Notes: generated by a model not told the origin, from the letters alone. DNA of 64,000 bases from an uncultured Gemmatimonadaceae bacterium (GCA_963817955.1 CAWFQK010000009.1:1-64000); one strand, 5' to 3'. Counted from the stretch's first letter, positions 1 through 11,031 are shown. A program made the numbers and translations.

Positions 1-69
1 TGCGTCTGCTCGTGGATTGCCGCCACATGAACCTGTTCTCGAGCGGTTTCGTCGAGGCTGCCGCTGCCG

Positions 70-609
70 CTACTCCTCGCCGGACATCGCTTCGCACGCC
101 CGCACGAGCGCGTCCCAGTCTGATGGTGGGGTGCCCCGTCCGAGTATTCGATAGAACAGCGGCATACGGATCGGTCTGACTTCCGGCCTTCCGCACGATT
201 CTCGTCGTTCAGCCATGGGTAAAAGATCGTGGTGAAGCGGTGTGAAACCGGAAGAACAATCGAAATCGTCGATGAAACTTCGCGCGCCGCCAATGCGTGT
301 GGGTACGACCGAGGCTCTGCCCTGGCGAAAGGCCGGGTGGTCCGGATTGGTCGGTATCTCTTTGAGGACGAGGTCGGCCACCGTGCGGAAGAATTTCACC
401 TCCGCTGTGTGCATGTACCCGATTGGATCCGCGATCTGCGCGTCCCGCGCCGCGTCGCGCATCGCACTCCAGCGATCTCGAAAGGCAGTCCAGAAAAGCA
501 ATGTCCAGCCGTTGACAATGAGCGGGGCGGGCGCCGCTGCTCGGCGAGCGCGGCCGCGGCCGTGTGCATGTTGGTTGACATTCCCCGCGCCTGTTTGTTG
601 TTTGCTCAC
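70..609 (-). CDS. yhaV: YhaV-family type II toxin, frameshifted in this sequence
   Basis: Frames join into VNGWTLLF..EIPTNPDHPAFRQG / SLGRTHTHWRRAKFHRRFRLFFRFH / ..GTPPSDWDALV, which is the YhaV pattern. It lies directly downstream of a PrlF-like gene. Indels near 200-320 may be read errors. Confidence 0.8.
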   Translation of the reverse strand: MSKQQTGAGNVNQHAHGRGRARRAAAPAPLIVNGWTLLFWTAFRDRWSAMRDAARDAQIADPIGYMHTAEVKFFRTVADLVLKEIPTNPDHPAFRQGRASVVPTRIGGARSFIDDFDCSSGFTPLHHDLLPMAERRESCGRPEVRPIRMPLFYRILGRGTPPSDWDALVRACEAMSGEE

Positions 610-639
610 GGCAGTCCGCCGGGCGCCCTCGTGGCGGAA

Positions 640-1043
640 TCACTTCCCAGCAATTCGCTTGGAAGGTTTCCTCGATCGAGCGACGGGGCGAGATCCAGGA
701 AGCTCGAAGTTGTCACCGAGATCCGCATCGGGGTCGGACCGCGTGCCGCGGAGGATCTTGTTGGCGTCTCGGCGATCGGCTCGAGTGACTGCGCTGATCA
801 GATCCGGACGCAACTCCATCTGACGCCGGATGAAGCCGAGAAACGCGTCAAGTACAGGGTCGGTCTCATCCTTGGCGTTCTCGACGGTGGCCTGAACGAG
901 CATGCAGCCGGGCGCGATGATGCTGACAGCGAACTCCCGCTCGCGAACTCTGGATGCGCGCGAAAAAGCGCAGAGTCGAGGCGCAGCGCCTTGGAATTGC
1001 CTACGGTGGCGGCTTTGCCGTGGTACGTCATCAGTTTCTCCAT
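640..1043 (-). CDS. prlF: PrlF/SohA-family antitoxin, one frameshift near 935
   Basis: AbrB-like N-terminus (GKAATVGNSKALRLD, ORF 798-1043) continues in the frame of ORF 640-1083 with DPVLDAFLGFIRRQMELRPDLI, the PrlF C-terminal motif. Confidence 0.8.
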
Positions 1044-1767
1044 GATGTACGTACAAATGTAAGAACAGCACCCGCGCGATCAAGGGCCCAATGGGCTATT
1101 GGCGGCCGCGTCAATGTTGGGGTATGTGGGATATGTGGGGTATGTGGAGCGCTTCGATCCGCGTAAAAACCGTTCGCGAACCTGCAGGTCGTCAGGTGCG
1201 GTAACGTGCAATTCTGCGCGAAGTTACAGGTCTGAGGCACGAGGTTACCCCGCGATGGGGTTCAGGGCCTTGGCCTACGCGTGGCGCTTCTTCGTACATC
1301 TGGGCCTAACCGCCCCAGGTCAATATCGAGACCGCGCCGAGTGCCTGGGTGCCCTCGATTGAGTGATGAGTACCTCGACCGCCCGGTGCATGTCACCCGC
1401 GATCGTATCCCGCGGCGACGAACCAAGCGCAACAGGAGAAGGGGCGCTGTCCGCGTTTCATCCAGGCCGTGCGGCAGAGACAATCCATTGCGGGACCCGC
1501 GCGCGATGCCGGATCGCGATCCCTCGGCCAATCGTGAGGACATCACGGGCCAGCCAAACGCGCGAGCCGTTCCGCGTAACGATCTAGCCATGGTCAGGGT
1601 CGTGGCCGAAGACCGCCTCGCACGAACATCGTTCCCGGGCACGATTACCGGTCCGGATGCGGGCGAATTCCTGATCGTCACAGCCGTAGGTCACGTCGCG
1701 CTCGGCCGCCGCGAGCCGACGATCATCACGGTCGAAGCGGAAAGCGGATCCGGACGCCGTTCCGGAC

Positions 1768-2528
1768 GGCGACGTCTCGCGTCCACATCCGATGACCGTC
1801 GCCTGGTCGCGCTATGCGCAGTCGCTCACGTCGCGGCCAGTGAAGGGAATGCTCACTGGGCCGGTCACCATGTTGCAGTGGTCGTTCGTGCGCGAGGATC
1901 TCGGCCACTCGGCCGTGGCAATGCAGATCGCGCTGGCGCTGCGCGACGAAATCGTGGACCTGGAGCGCGCTGGCATCCGAGTGATCCAGGTCGACGAGCC
2001 GGCGCTGCGCGAAGGCTTGCCGCTCCGTCGAGCCGAGCGAGCCGACTATCTCGCATGGGCGACGGACGCGTTCCGCCTGTCGACCGGCGGCGCGCGTGCC
2101 GAGACGCAGGTCCACACCCACATGTGCTACGCCGATTTCGGCGAGATCGTCGATGCGATGGCGCGGATGGACGCCGATGTGATCTCGATCGAGGCAGCGC
2201 GCTCGGGCATGGCGTTGCTGCACTCGATCGACGCGGAGTCGTACGGCCGCGCGCTGGGCCCTGGCGTTACGACGTCCACTCGCCCCGTGTCCCGTCGGTG
2301 GACGAGATCGTGCACCAAATCGGGCGGGCGCTCGAGACGTGCGGGCCGGAGCAACTGTGGGTGAATCCCGACTGTGGGCTCAAGACACGGGCGTGGGGCG
2401 AGGTACAGGCGGCGTTGGCGAACATGGTCGAGGCCGTGCGGGTCGTGCGCGCCGGCCTGGTTGGCGGAGTCGAATCGGCAAACGCGGCGAACGCGAGGCA
2501 TGCGACGCGGACTGGAACGGCAGCATGA
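1768..2528 (+). pseudogene. metE: C-terminal fragment of cobalamin-independent methionine synthase
   Basis: [39 protein letters not shown], then YDVHSPRVP and [11 protein letters not shown] after a frameshift near 2266. The N-terminal two thirds are absent upstream of 1768. Confidence 0.85.
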
Positions 2529-2830
2529 ACAACCCATGAGCGATTGGAGGGAGAGCGCGTCGCTACACCGCCAATCCGAACAATCGTGCGGCGTTTCTTT
2601 GCCGTGCCTGGGATTTCGATGACGCAGGCCGCGGTGGGAACGACAGCCGTCGTTCGGCAGTTGCCGTGCGACGTCCGGCCACTTCGTTCGAGCGCTTGAC
2701 GAACCCTTCGCGCGACGTCGTCAGCATCGTACGGTTTTTCAATGACGTCGTCCGCATCGAGCTTCATGAGCTCGACCACGTCTTCGATTCCCCCGGCGTG
2801 CCCGCTAATCACGATGACGGGGATCCACGT
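2525..2830 (-). pseudogene. Response-regulator receiver-domain fragment
   Basis: IPVIVISGH..EDVVELMKLDADDVIEKPYDADDVARRVRQAL matches the C-terminal half of a REC domain. No N-terminal phospho-acceptor half or start codon was found. Confidence 0.6.
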
Positions 2831-3043
2831 TTCTCGCCGGCCGCCCCGTTTTCCTATGCAGCGTGCGCCTTGTGTGCGAAGAGCGATGTGACGCGATGAA
2901 CGAGTTTCGGCAGTCACTTGACTCGCTTCTGGAAGCGGGAATGGCTGAAGACGCCATCGACCACGCACGCTAGCCATGGAGACGAACTGAAACCCGCGAG
3001 CGCGCACGCCCGTACTGTAGATTGGCGCCGGCGTGGAGGCCCA

Positions 3044-3349
3044 ATGCGCATCCTGTGGACGTTCTTCAAGAGTATCGTTGGGCTTGCGATCGCGATCCCG
3101 GTCGGCATTCTGCTGCTGGCGCTCACGTTCGGCGTGCTCGGCGCGCTGATCGGACTGGCGGTCCTGGCGCTCAAGTGCGCGGTCATCGCGGCCGTGGTCT
3201 ACGGGCTGTTCCGCTTCACGCGGTCCATGTTCGCGCCGACGCCCAAGCCCGCCGTGCCGGTGGTCCGCGAGTTGCCACCAGTCGATCCGTACTACGAGGC
3301 GGCGATGCGCGAGCTCAACACCGAGCTGGGGCACGAGAGGCGGAGCTGA
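3044..3349 (+). CDS. Small membrane protein of unknown function
   Basis: GGAGG RBS at 3035, ATG at 3044, two hydrophobic helices, C-terminal DPYYEAAMRELNTELG. Confidence 0.75.
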   Translation: MRILWTFFKSIVGLAIAIPVGILLLALTFGVLGALIGLAVLALKCAVIAAVVYGLFRFTRSMFAPTPKPAVPVVRELPPVDPYYEAAMRELNTELGHERRS

Positions 3350-3410
3350 CGGCTGGTGCGCCCACGGCTGGCGCGCGGCCACGACCTGCTTCTGACCTTC
3401 GCGAAGGTTC

Positions 3411-3535
3411 GGGGACACGAGACACGCGACACGCGATGCCTGTCATCCTGAGCGAAGCGCTGTCATCCTGAGCCAAGCGAAGGATCTCTCTGCAGGGCGA
3501 AGAGATCCTTCGGTCGCTTCAGTCCCTCCAGGAGT
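3411..3535. repeat. Heptamer arm (GACACGA/GACACGC) plus REP-like palindrome with a duplicated 20-bp head
   Basis: TGTCATCCTGAGC occurs at 3441 and 3461, followed by GCGAAGGATCTCT..AGAGATCCTTCG. Related copies lie at 33.8 and 35.5 kb. Confidence 0.8.
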
Positions 3536-3674
3536 ATCTCTGACAAAGCAGTAGTAGAAACGTTCTCATGATTACGCGCGCGGCGAGCGCAGTGCCTGGC
3601 ACGATGAGGCGGTGCCCCCATGCGGGGATGGTTGTTCTCGCGAGTATTAGAAATCCTCTCATATTAGTTGGCGA

Positions 3675-3704
3675 TTGACAGCGGATGCGGATTGTCCGTA
3701 CACT
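3675..3704 (+). promoter_or_regulatory. Sigma70-like promoter
   Basis: TTGACA-N18-TACACT upstream of the 3877-7073 gene pair. Confidence 0.45.
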
Positions 3705-3876
3705 GTCGCCGCTCTGATTGCGTATGGATCCGGTCTGAGCTCACAGCCCAGCGTCGAGAAGCGATCACCAGTTCCCGTGCAGAACTGGCCAACGCTGGCC
3801 ATGAGTGAGTCGCAGATCGGCGACCGTGATGCCACGGCCGTGACTGAGACCTCTCGCCAGTAACCTTCGATTAGCG

Positions 3877-4626
3877 ATGCCTTCCAACATCAGAATTGTT
3901 CCTCGCGTGCCGATGATCGCCCTCATCGCGGTCCTCCTTTCTGGCGCCTTGGCCGCTTGCCGCCAAGGCGCGGCCTCTCAATCCCGTGAGAGCGCGGAGC
4001 GGCACAATCTCAAGCAGGCGCTGATGTTTCTGGCGACATGCGAATTCAAGTACTGGGAAACGAACAATCGTTTCGCGCCAGACGGGTCCTGCTCCTGGAT
4101 AACGGATGACACGGCTGGCGTTAGGGTTCGCATACAATGGGCTTCGTCGTCGGGATTCGGCGCACGCGCCACACGCACAGGTGACCGGGCCGACTGCATC
4201 TACGTTGTCGGATGGGCCGATTCGGCGAATTTCATGTTCACGAGTCGTGATCACCGTGGCGGGATTCCGGAGGGGCCGGTCTGTGACGGCGACGCTGGTC
4301 CTGCCATCAATGATTGGAGAACCTACGACACGCAGCTTGTCTTCGGCAACATGAACCGCCTGGTGCGACGCATGCGGCAATACCGGGCCGATCACGGTCG
4401 TTTCCCTCCGCAGGCTGACCTGCCGCCCATATCTCCCCGGAATCGTGTGGTGTGGCTCGAACCGACATCATGGGCGATCGAGACGACGCCGGCGCTGTCG
4501 AACGGCATTCATTGTGTGGTTTGGGATGGGAACGCCGGAGCGCACGCTCCGCCGCGCGATCAGCGAGGGAGCGCAGTTTCTGCGGGCACCGCCGTCTGCG
4601 ATTCGAGCGTCGCGGCAGTGCGATGA
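3877..4626 (+). CDS. Putative lipoprotein with two tandem pilin-like globular domains
   Basis: Lipobox LAAC. Two repeats of helix-Y/W..N/HxRF..beta meander..C-IY/VV-x-G..G.xVCD. Confidence 0.6.
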   Translation: MPSNIRIVPRVPMIALIAVLLSGALAACRQGAASQSRESAERHNLKQALMFLATCEFKYWETNNRFAPDGSCSWITDDTAGVRVRIQWASSSGFGARATRTGDRADCIYVVGWADSANFMFTSRDHRGGIPEGPVCDGDAGPAINDWRTYDTQLVFGNMNRLVRRMRQYRADHGRFPPQADLPPISPRNRVVWLEPTSWAIETTPALSNGIHCVVWDGNAGAHAPPRDQRGSAVSAGTAVCDSSVAAVR

Positions 4627-7073
4627 CGCAGTTTCGATTAGCGTTTCGTCGCCTTCGGGGGGCGCCCAGCTTTGCGCTCACCGCGATCCTGACGCTCGGG
4701 GCCTGCTTCGGCGTGAACACCGCGCTCCTGAGTATCCTGGTGTCCGTCGTGTGGCGGCCGCAGCCCGGGCTTCAGCAACCGGACCGGCTCGTGCAGGTCA
4801 CGCTCCGCGAGCGGCGCGGGACATTCGCCTATCCGTCGCCGGAGGAGTTCCAGGAGCTACGTAGCTCGCCAGCGGGTGACGGAGACTTGGCGTTCTATGC
4901 GCCGTCGTTCGTGACGATGGCGGCGAGCGGCGCGACCTCGAGGCTCATGGGCGCGTCCGTCTCGCCCGAGTACTTCCGGGTCCTGCTGGCACGGCCGCGC
5001 CTCGGTCGATTCTTCATCCCGTCGGATTTCGACGTATCGAGCAGTGAGCGGCCTGTCGTCATCAGCCACCGCTTGTGGAAGAGCGCTTTTGACGGTGCGA
5101 CATCCATCCTGGGACGAACACTCCAGGTCGACGGCCGGCCTGCGTACGTGGTCGTCGGCGTAGCGGCCGATGGCTTCCACGGGCCAGAGGGATTCATCCA
5201 ACCCGATCTTTGGCTTCCGCTACGGAAGCAAGACGAGTCCCCAGGGCCGGGGCGTATCGTCGGCAGGATGTCGCGCGGGACGGATCCACAACGGCTCGGT
5301 GCATTGCTGCAGGTCAGCTGGACCCGCGTGCAACGCGCGGAAAATGAGCAACGCCAGGCAACTGGGCGGAGACTGATCGATCTGATCCTGGACGTGGCGC
5401 CACTCCGTGCGGGCCTCCAGCCCGAGCACTATTGGGCGGTGCGTGTCTTGGTCGGTGGAGCGCTGACGATTGCCGCCATCGTGCTCCTCGTCGCCTGCAT
5501 CAATCTCGGCGGCCTGGCGCTCGCTCGGGCTATGGCGCGCCAGAAGGACGTGGCGATCATGCGCGCCCTGGGTGCCGACGCATACCATGTCGTCGCCGAT
5601 GCACTCCTCGAGGTCGGGATCGTGGTCGGCGTCGGTGCGTGCGTGGGATTGCTGCCGGCGAGCGCGATCGGACACCTGCTGATTGCCGTCGCCGGCTCAC
5701 CCGTGCCTTTCACGATACCATTTGAGCTCGATTTCGTGACCGTCGCACTGGCGGCCGGTCTCACCGTCGTCTCGATCGCGGTGAGCGCGGTCGTTCCAGT
5801 GGTGCGGACGATGCGAGCCGACCCCGCAACGCTGCTTCGAGGGGACACGGTATCGAGTCGAGGCAACGCACGGAGCAATCGCATTCAGGACCTCATCGTG
5901 GCCCTCCAAGTTGCGTGTGCGGCCGTGCTCATCACTGTTTCAGTAACGATCACCAACGCCGCACGCACACGACTGGATCGCGAGTCAGGCATAGCGCGAC
6001 CCGACCAGACGCTCGTCCTCCGCATGCCGACCACCACGAGGGGGGATTCGGTGGCGGCTATCGCTCGCGTCGACCGAGTCGTCGAGCACATGAGGTCTTT
6101 GCCAGGCGTCGCCGAGGTGTCGGCCGCGTATAGCGCACCGTCGGGCGGATCACTTCTTTCCATTCAGCTGGCGCCCTGGACTTCCAGCGACGCGCGCGCT
6201 TCGCGTTCGGTCGAGGGTGATGTGCCGCCCACGCGTCTCAACGTCATCGATACGGCGTTCTTTGGCGCGGTCGGCGTACGCGCGCTCGCGGGGCGCCTCT
6301 TCACCGCCGACGATGAACGTTCGAGAAACCGCGTCGTCGTCTTGAGCCGGACGCTCGCGAGCAGATTGTTCGGCGGCCAAGATCCGGTCGGGCGTCTCGT
6401 CACATTCAATGATGACTCGCACACCGCGGCTCGTGTCAGCGGAATCGTTCCCGACGTCGCCTACACGTTTGATACCGACGACGACTCCAAAGGCGAAGCG
6501 TACGTCCTCGCCACCCAATTCGGCCCGAGCCTCGGTCGACACACCCTGCTGGTGCGTGCGGCGATGGATCCCGCGGCGGTGAAACAGGAGCTCGACGCCA
6601 CCATGCGATCGTCATTCCCGACCTCGGTGGTGGAGGGGGCAGCATCGGTGCGTCAGTTCACCCTCGAACAGACGGCGACGAGTCGAACACTCTTCAAGCT
6701 GCTTGCCAGTGCCGGATTTCTGGCGCTCGCCCTGGCATGCACCGGCGCTTTCGGCGTCGCATCCTACAATGCTCGCCAGCGTGTACGCGAGGTGGGCGTT
6801 CGACTCGCGCTGGGCTCATCGCAGTATCGCATCATCTGGCTCTTCGCGCGACGCGCACTCATCGCCGGATCCTGCGGGCTCGCGGTCGGTCTTGGTGTGC
6901 TGACGTACATCGCCCCGGTCTTGCCGACGTCGTTGGGTCTTTCCCAGGGCGTGCCGGCGCGATCGGCGGCAGCGAGCACAGGTCTGATGCTAGGGGCCAT
7001 CGCCATTGCGGTCATCGTAGCGGTCTGGCGGATGGCAACGATGAAGCCCGTTGACGCGCTCAGGGCGACCTAG
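4623..7073 (+). CDS. Duplicated MacB_PCD/FtsX ABC permease (ADOP-like)
   Basis: FRRLRGAPSFALTAILTLG, VLLVACINLG, VALQVA, RVREVGVRLALG, PVDALR. Its ATG overlaps the upstream stop codon. No ATPase gene is adjacent. Confidence 0.9.
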   Translation: MTQFRLAFRRLRGAPSFALTAILTLGACFGVNTALLSILVSVVWRPQPGLQQPDRLVQVTLRERRGTFAYPSPEEFQELRSSPAGDGDLAFYAPSFVTMAASGATSRLMGASVSPEYFRVLLARPRLGRFFIPSDFDVSSSERPVVISHRLWKSAFDGATSILGRTLQVDGRPAYVVVGVAADGFHGPEGFIQPDLWLPLRKQDESPGPGRIVGRMSRGTDPQRLGALLQVSWTRVQRAENEQRQATGRRLIDLILDVAPLRAGLQPEHYWAVRVLVGGALTIAAIVLLVACINLGGLALARAMARQKDVAIMRALGADAYHVVADALLEVGIVVGVGACVGLLPASAIGHLLIAVAGSPVPFTIPFELDFVTVALAAGLTVVSIAVSAVVPVVRTMRADPATLLRGDTVSSRGNARSNRIQDLIVALQVACAAVLITVSVTITNAARTRLDRESGIARPDQTLVLRMPTTTRGDSVAAIARVDRVVEHMRSLPGVAEVSAAYSAPSGGSLLSIQLAPWTSSDARASRSVEGDVPPTRLNVIDTAFFGAVGVRALAGRLFTADDERSRNRVVVLSRTLASRLFGGQDPVGRLVTFNDDSHTAARVSGIVPDVAYTFDTDDDSKGEAYVLATQFGPSLGRHTLLVRAAMDPAAVKQELDATMRSSFPTSVVEGAASVRQFTLEQTATSRTLFKLLASAGFLALALACTGAFGVASYNARQRVREVGVRLALGSSQYRIIWLFARRALIAGSCGLAVGLGVLTYIAPVLPTSLGLSQGVPARSAAASTGLMLGAIAIAVIVAVWRMATMKPVDALRAT

Positions 7074-7244
7074 GATCAATACCGTTCAGTTAATGGAATA
7101 AGGGCTCGATTCGGGTCGTCGCCACCGTGAGGCCGCATTGGCTCGGGCCGCTGCTGGATTGCCGGCTGGCATTCGACTGATGGATCAGATCAGTCTTGGA
7201 GTGCTGGCGACGCGACGACGATTGCCATCGTGTCTGTCGTTGTG

Positions 7245-7679
7245 ATGATCGCGCACGCCGAGTCACGGCACACGCGCGGCATCCTCGACACGAGCACGGT
7301 CATTCTCCTGCCGCGCATCGAGAATCCGACGCTCCTCCCCGATGAGCCGCTCATCACCGCGATCACCCTCGCCGAACTGAGCGTCGGCCCGCTCGTCGCC
7401 GGATCGGATGAATAGCGGGCCGCACGCCAGGCACATCTTCAGCAAGCCGAAGCCGACTTCGAGCCGCTTCCGTTCGACGCGACTGCCGCGCGCGCCTTCG
7501 GCCAAGTGGCCGCCTCGCTCAGGCGCTCCGGCCGCAAGACGACGGCGCGCTCATACGACGCGATGATTGCTGCCACGGCGATCGCCAACGAGCTTCCGCT
7601 CTACACCTGCAATCCCGCAGACTTCACAGGCATTGCGGGTCTCGAAGTAGTCGCCGTTCCCGTACCCGCCAGCCTATAG
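7245..7679 (+). pseudogene. vapC: VapC/PIN-domain toxin interrupted by an in-frame TAG at 7413-7415
   Basis: GILDTSTVI..ITAITLAELSVGPL * RAARQAHLQ..LPFD..DAMIAATAIANELPLYTCNPADF in one frame. No antitoxin gene upstream. Confidence 0.85.
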
Positions 7680-7830
7680 TCGCGTCCACACGGGTGGACG
7701 CCCAATCAGTCAAAGACTAGCAATATATAATGAGCGAACGTGACAAACAGCCGATCCCCGAGCGGCCCGGTCTCCCCTCGACGTTCGCGCACGCCTCGTC
7801 GAAGCCCTTCGGCTCGATCTGCTGATGGCC

Positions 7831-9195
7831 CTACTCGAGAGCTTCTTCCATTTCGTATTCAAATCCTTCGTGCACGAACGCTGTCGCAATAGCCGCGCAA
7901 TCCGCGTTCGTGCCCCCTTGCCTGTGGACCTCGCCTTCCCACTCTGCCTTCACGATCTCCACCATCTCGTCAATGATGGTGTTCGCCTCCTCGCGAGTGA
8001 GGCCGAAACGCGAAGCGCCTGAGAGCAGATTGACTCGTCGCGCCCGACGGCCGTAACGGCCGCAGATCATTGCCAGGTCTCTCTCCTGCTGCCCCGCTCG
8101 CGGATCTGGCGTGATGTCGTAGGCGGGCGCCAGCTGCCACTCGGTTCCGGGGGCAATGAGCGCGTGATTCCTCGGATGGTCGTCGAGGTTGGAGACCAGG
8201 GCGTTCAAGACGATACGGCGAAACAGCTCCGTTCGATCGTCCTTGGGCCGTCGCGACCAGCGGCGCAGCTCATCGGCGAATAGGAGGTAAGACCACTGGC
8301 GACGATCCGCCAGAGAATCTTCAGCATCGAGCACCGTAAGTGCGCTGACCATCCGGTGGCGAACATATTTCTCGCCTGTGTCGTCGGTTCCGGCAAGCCG
8401 CTCGCGGTCGAAGCGTTTGACCATGAGAACGCTGCTATCGCCGATCTGGAGGATCTTCGTCCGCGGCGTGTGTATCCCGCAGCGTCGTGCGAGGCCGAGC
8501 ATGGCTGCCTCGACGACTGAGTTCATCCAGCGATCATATTTTTCGGGGAACTTGGCTATCCAGAGCCCGTCTTCGTCCTCCACGACGCTCTTCGCACGCG
8601 CACCGCCCATGGACGTGCCGCCGCCTTGGAATAGGACCTCGACATGCCTGAGCTGGTCCGGCAGGTTCTGCCCGGTCGGGTCTTCTCGAAGGAGACGTGC
8701 CACTTCGAGTAGATGCGGAAGTTGCACCACCCGGTTGAACGCCCAAACGGGTGGTGGCGGTGTGGTGCCGCGGCCGAACGAGAGCGCGCCAGCCCGGTCC
8801 TCGGGCGATTGGAGCAGATAGTCGACTTCGGTCAGGTCGCTTCGGCCGAGTGTGCGCTCAATGACGCGCCGGCCCCACGCATCCGGTGATGCGTCGCGAA
8901 GCGCCCCGAATACGCCGTGGAGCTTTGTTGTCGCGTAGACCGTGTCCGTGATCGGAAGATTGAACGGGTCGAGTGGCACGGCATCAACACGGGATCGGTA
9001 TGTTCGACCGTAGACGAAGCGGCCGATGACCGCGCCAGTCATGGTCTCTTCCTGGACGAAGCGTCCGCACGTCACGACCTCGCTCGCGCCGGGCAGCTGG
9101 ACGTACACATAACACTCTCGCTCGCGGCGTCGACTCGCGGTCTTGCGAGCGCGAGATGTCGCGGTGTCCGGATTGTCGTTGATGCGGGGAGGCAC
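7831..9195 (-). CDS. hipA: HipA-family kinase toxin
   Basis: DASPDAWGRR, DRAGALSF, TSMGGARAK, WIAKFP, VKRFDR, NLDDHPRNH, LAPAYDI. Confidence 0.9.
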   Translation of the reverse strand: MPPRINDNPDTATSRARKTASRRRERECYVYVQLPGASEVVTCGRFVQEETMTGAVIGRFVYGRTYRSRVDAVPLDPFNLPITDTVYATTKLHGVFGALRDASPDAWGRRVIERTLGRSDLTEVDYLLQSPEDRAGALSFGRGTTPPPPVWAFNRVVQLPHLLEVARLLREDPTGQNLPDQLRHVEVLFQGGGTSMGGARAKSVVEDEDGLWIAKFPEKYDRWMNSVVEAAMLGLARRCGIHTPRTKILQIGDSSVLMVKRFDRERLAGTDDTGEKYVRHRMVSALTVLDAEDSLADRRQWSYLLFADELRRWSRRPKDDRTELFRRIVLNALVSNLDDHPRNHALIAPGTEWQLAPAYDITPDPRAGQQERDLAMICGRYGRRARRVNLLSGASRFGLTREEANTIIDEMVEIVKAEWEGEVHRQGGTNADCAAIATAFVHEGFEYEMEEALE

Positions 9196-9213
9196 GAAAG
9201 CGGGGGAGGGGCG

Positions 9214-9546
9214 TCAGAAATTGTCGTCGATCGCCGTGGCCGGACGCACGCGCTCGCCGAGGCGGGCAGCTGCGAGTGTCTCGCCCTCGCGATCTCGGTC
9301 TGGCAGCGCGACATCGGCAAGTTGGTCCAGCAGCCCGAGCGCCCACAGCGCACCGGCGTAGGCGCCAATGGCGGTACCCGGGGCGCCCATCTCGATCTTC
9401 CGAATCGTGTTCGAGTGCACACCCGCCTTTTCGGCCAGGTCTTCCTGCCGCCACCCGCGACGCATACGAGCCGTTGCGATGTGCCCGCCTAAGCGAACCA
9501 GCACGTCCTCTATGGCGGCTACCGGACTGATCGGCTGACGTCCCAT
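9214..9546 (-). CDS. XRE-family HTH protein, probable HipB-like antitoxin
   Basis: IATARMRRGWRQEDLAEKAGVHSNTIRKIEMG, directly upstream of hipA. Confidence 0.85.
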   Translation of the reverse strand: MGRQPISPVAAIEDVLVRLGGHIATARMRRGWRQEDLAEKAGVHSNTIRKIEMGAPGTAIGAYAGALWALGLLDQLADVALPDRDREGETLAAARLGERVRPATAIDDNF

Positions 9547-9618
9547 CCGTATACCTGGTCCTCGAGTCTTGCAACAAAAATATGTCGCTTATCCATCTTT
9601 GGCAACATAAATATGGTG

Positions 9619-9810
9619 CTAGGCCCGTTCGATACCGCCCCACGCGACGACGAGCGCGAGTGCGTGGTCGAGCGACCACACATCAAACCGGTCAGGATCG
9701 TAGCCGGCGCCCGCCCAGCGTCGATATGAATCGTGCTCCGGGTGATCCGGATCGCTGAAGGCCTCGAGCATTTCCGCGAAACCCTCTGGACCACCTGTAT
9801 CCTCCGGCCC
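9619..9810 (-). pseudogene. C-terminal fragment of a pRiA4b ORF-3 family protein
   Basis: Manual translation GPEDTGGPEGFAEMLEAFSDPDHPEHDSYRRWAGAGYDPDRFD matches the PPEDxGG..DPxHPEH..W..FDPxxFD family tail. The N-terminus is missing. Confidence 0.7.
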
Positions 9811-9887
9811 ATCGCGATATTCCGACGCATCAGACCGAAATCCGAAATGACTGGCGAAGCGGTAGGTTCTTTCGACATCGGTACAGC

Positions 9888-10722
9888 ATGAAACGACACC
9901 GCTACGACGCTGCCATCGAGGCGGGCGAGCGAGAACGATTGCCGCGGCCCAACTGGCTGGACGCGAAAGATGTCTTATGCGAGATCGCTCTCAGGGCCGG
10001 CATCGCGATTGACCGCCGCACCATCGGACGAATTCGGCACATCGGGGATGGGTTGTCCAACGTCGTCTTCGGCGGCACGGCTCGGTCGCATGAGATCGAG
10101 ACGGATCTCGTCGTTAAACTGCCGTCACCGCGCGCGATGCCGGATCGCGATGACCGGCTCCGAAAAGAGGCGACCGTCCTTCGCCATCTGCATGCGCAGC
10201 GACTGACGTTCGCGATTCCTCGGCCAATTGCCGAGGTCGAAACCTCCGCGGGCTTGGCTGTCGTACAAGAGTGGGTCGACGGACTGGAGGTCGATCTGCG
10301 CGCGCCGCGGTTCCGCGGCGGCAAGCCATGGGAGTTCGTCGCCACAGTGGCAGCCGCCATTCACGCGATCGATCCGGCGCCGATCCACGAGCACCTTCCG
10401 ACCCATCTCACCCGCCGGGGTCATCGACTGGGCGGAGGCGCTGGTCGGCGATCCCGCCTACGACCTGGCGATCGTGACGCGCGGACATCGCAAGCCGTTT
10501 GGCGTGGCGAACGGGCTCGCGCGCCTTGTGGAGGCGTACAATCGAGTGGCCGAATCTCCGCTCACGGTTCCCGAGGTACACGTGCCCGAGCTGATGCTTC
10601 ACGCCGGATTCTATCGAGACGCCGTCCGCGACTATGGACCGCGAAGTCCGCAGGCCGAGCGACAGCGACTCACGTGGCGCTCGCTGCTGCGGCGCGTTCG
10701 TGCGGACGTCGGTCGGTCATGA
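9888..10722 (+). pseudogene. Aminoglycoside-phosphotransferase-like kinase with an internal deletion
   Basis: N-lobe (IGDGLSNVVF, LVVKLP, FAIPRPI) jumps near 10418 into another frame at GVIDWAEALVGDPAYDLA. The catalytic HGD loop is absent. Confidence 0.75.
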
Positions 10723-10767
10723 GTCTTCTATGATGAGACGCCTCGGTCCGCGGCGCTTGACTGCGGC

Positions 10768-11031
10768 TCAGCGCTTTGGCGCAAAGAGCATGCACCAGCC
10801 GGTCGGGCTGATGTCCCCCTCCACGAGCTTGCACGACTTTGTTGGCTGGAAATAGGCGCAGCCTGAGCACTGCTGGCCATTCTTCGGCGAGCTCTGATAT
10901 TTCGCGGTCTTCTTGTCGACCTTCGGCTGGGCCTTGGCCAAGCTCGGGAAAAGGGTGCCGAGCGTAATGGCGAGGAGAGCCCGGCTCAGGCCCGCGAGCA
11001 CCTCTCGGCGCGAATACATCGATGAATCCAT
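10768..11031 (-). CDS. High-potential iron-sulfur protein (HiPIP), Tat exported
   Basis: SRREVL twin-arginine signal, then YQ..CSGCAYF..C.LV.G.ISPTGWC (four Cys). Confidence 0.9.
   Translation of the reverse strand: MDSSMYSRREVLAGLSRALLAITLGTLFPSLAKAQPKVDKKTAKYQSSPKNGQQCSGCAYFQPTKSCKLVEGDISPTGWCMLFAPKR

Noticed and set aside
1119..1148. Short GGGTATGTG-like triple repeat upstream of prlF
   Set aside because: Too short and low in complexity to assign as an operator.
1262..1760. ORFs upstream of the metE fragment
   Set aside because: No recognisable motifs on either strand.
7413..7415. Stop-codon recoding (TAG readthrough) in vapC
   Set aside because: TAG is used as a normal stop in many genes here, so a single nonsense change is the simpler explanation.
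7730..7830. Peptide LDVRARLVEALRLDL resembling the N-terminus of the DISARM helicase DrmA
   Set aside because: Only about 15 residues, out of frame with the nearby ATG, and no other DISARM genes are present.
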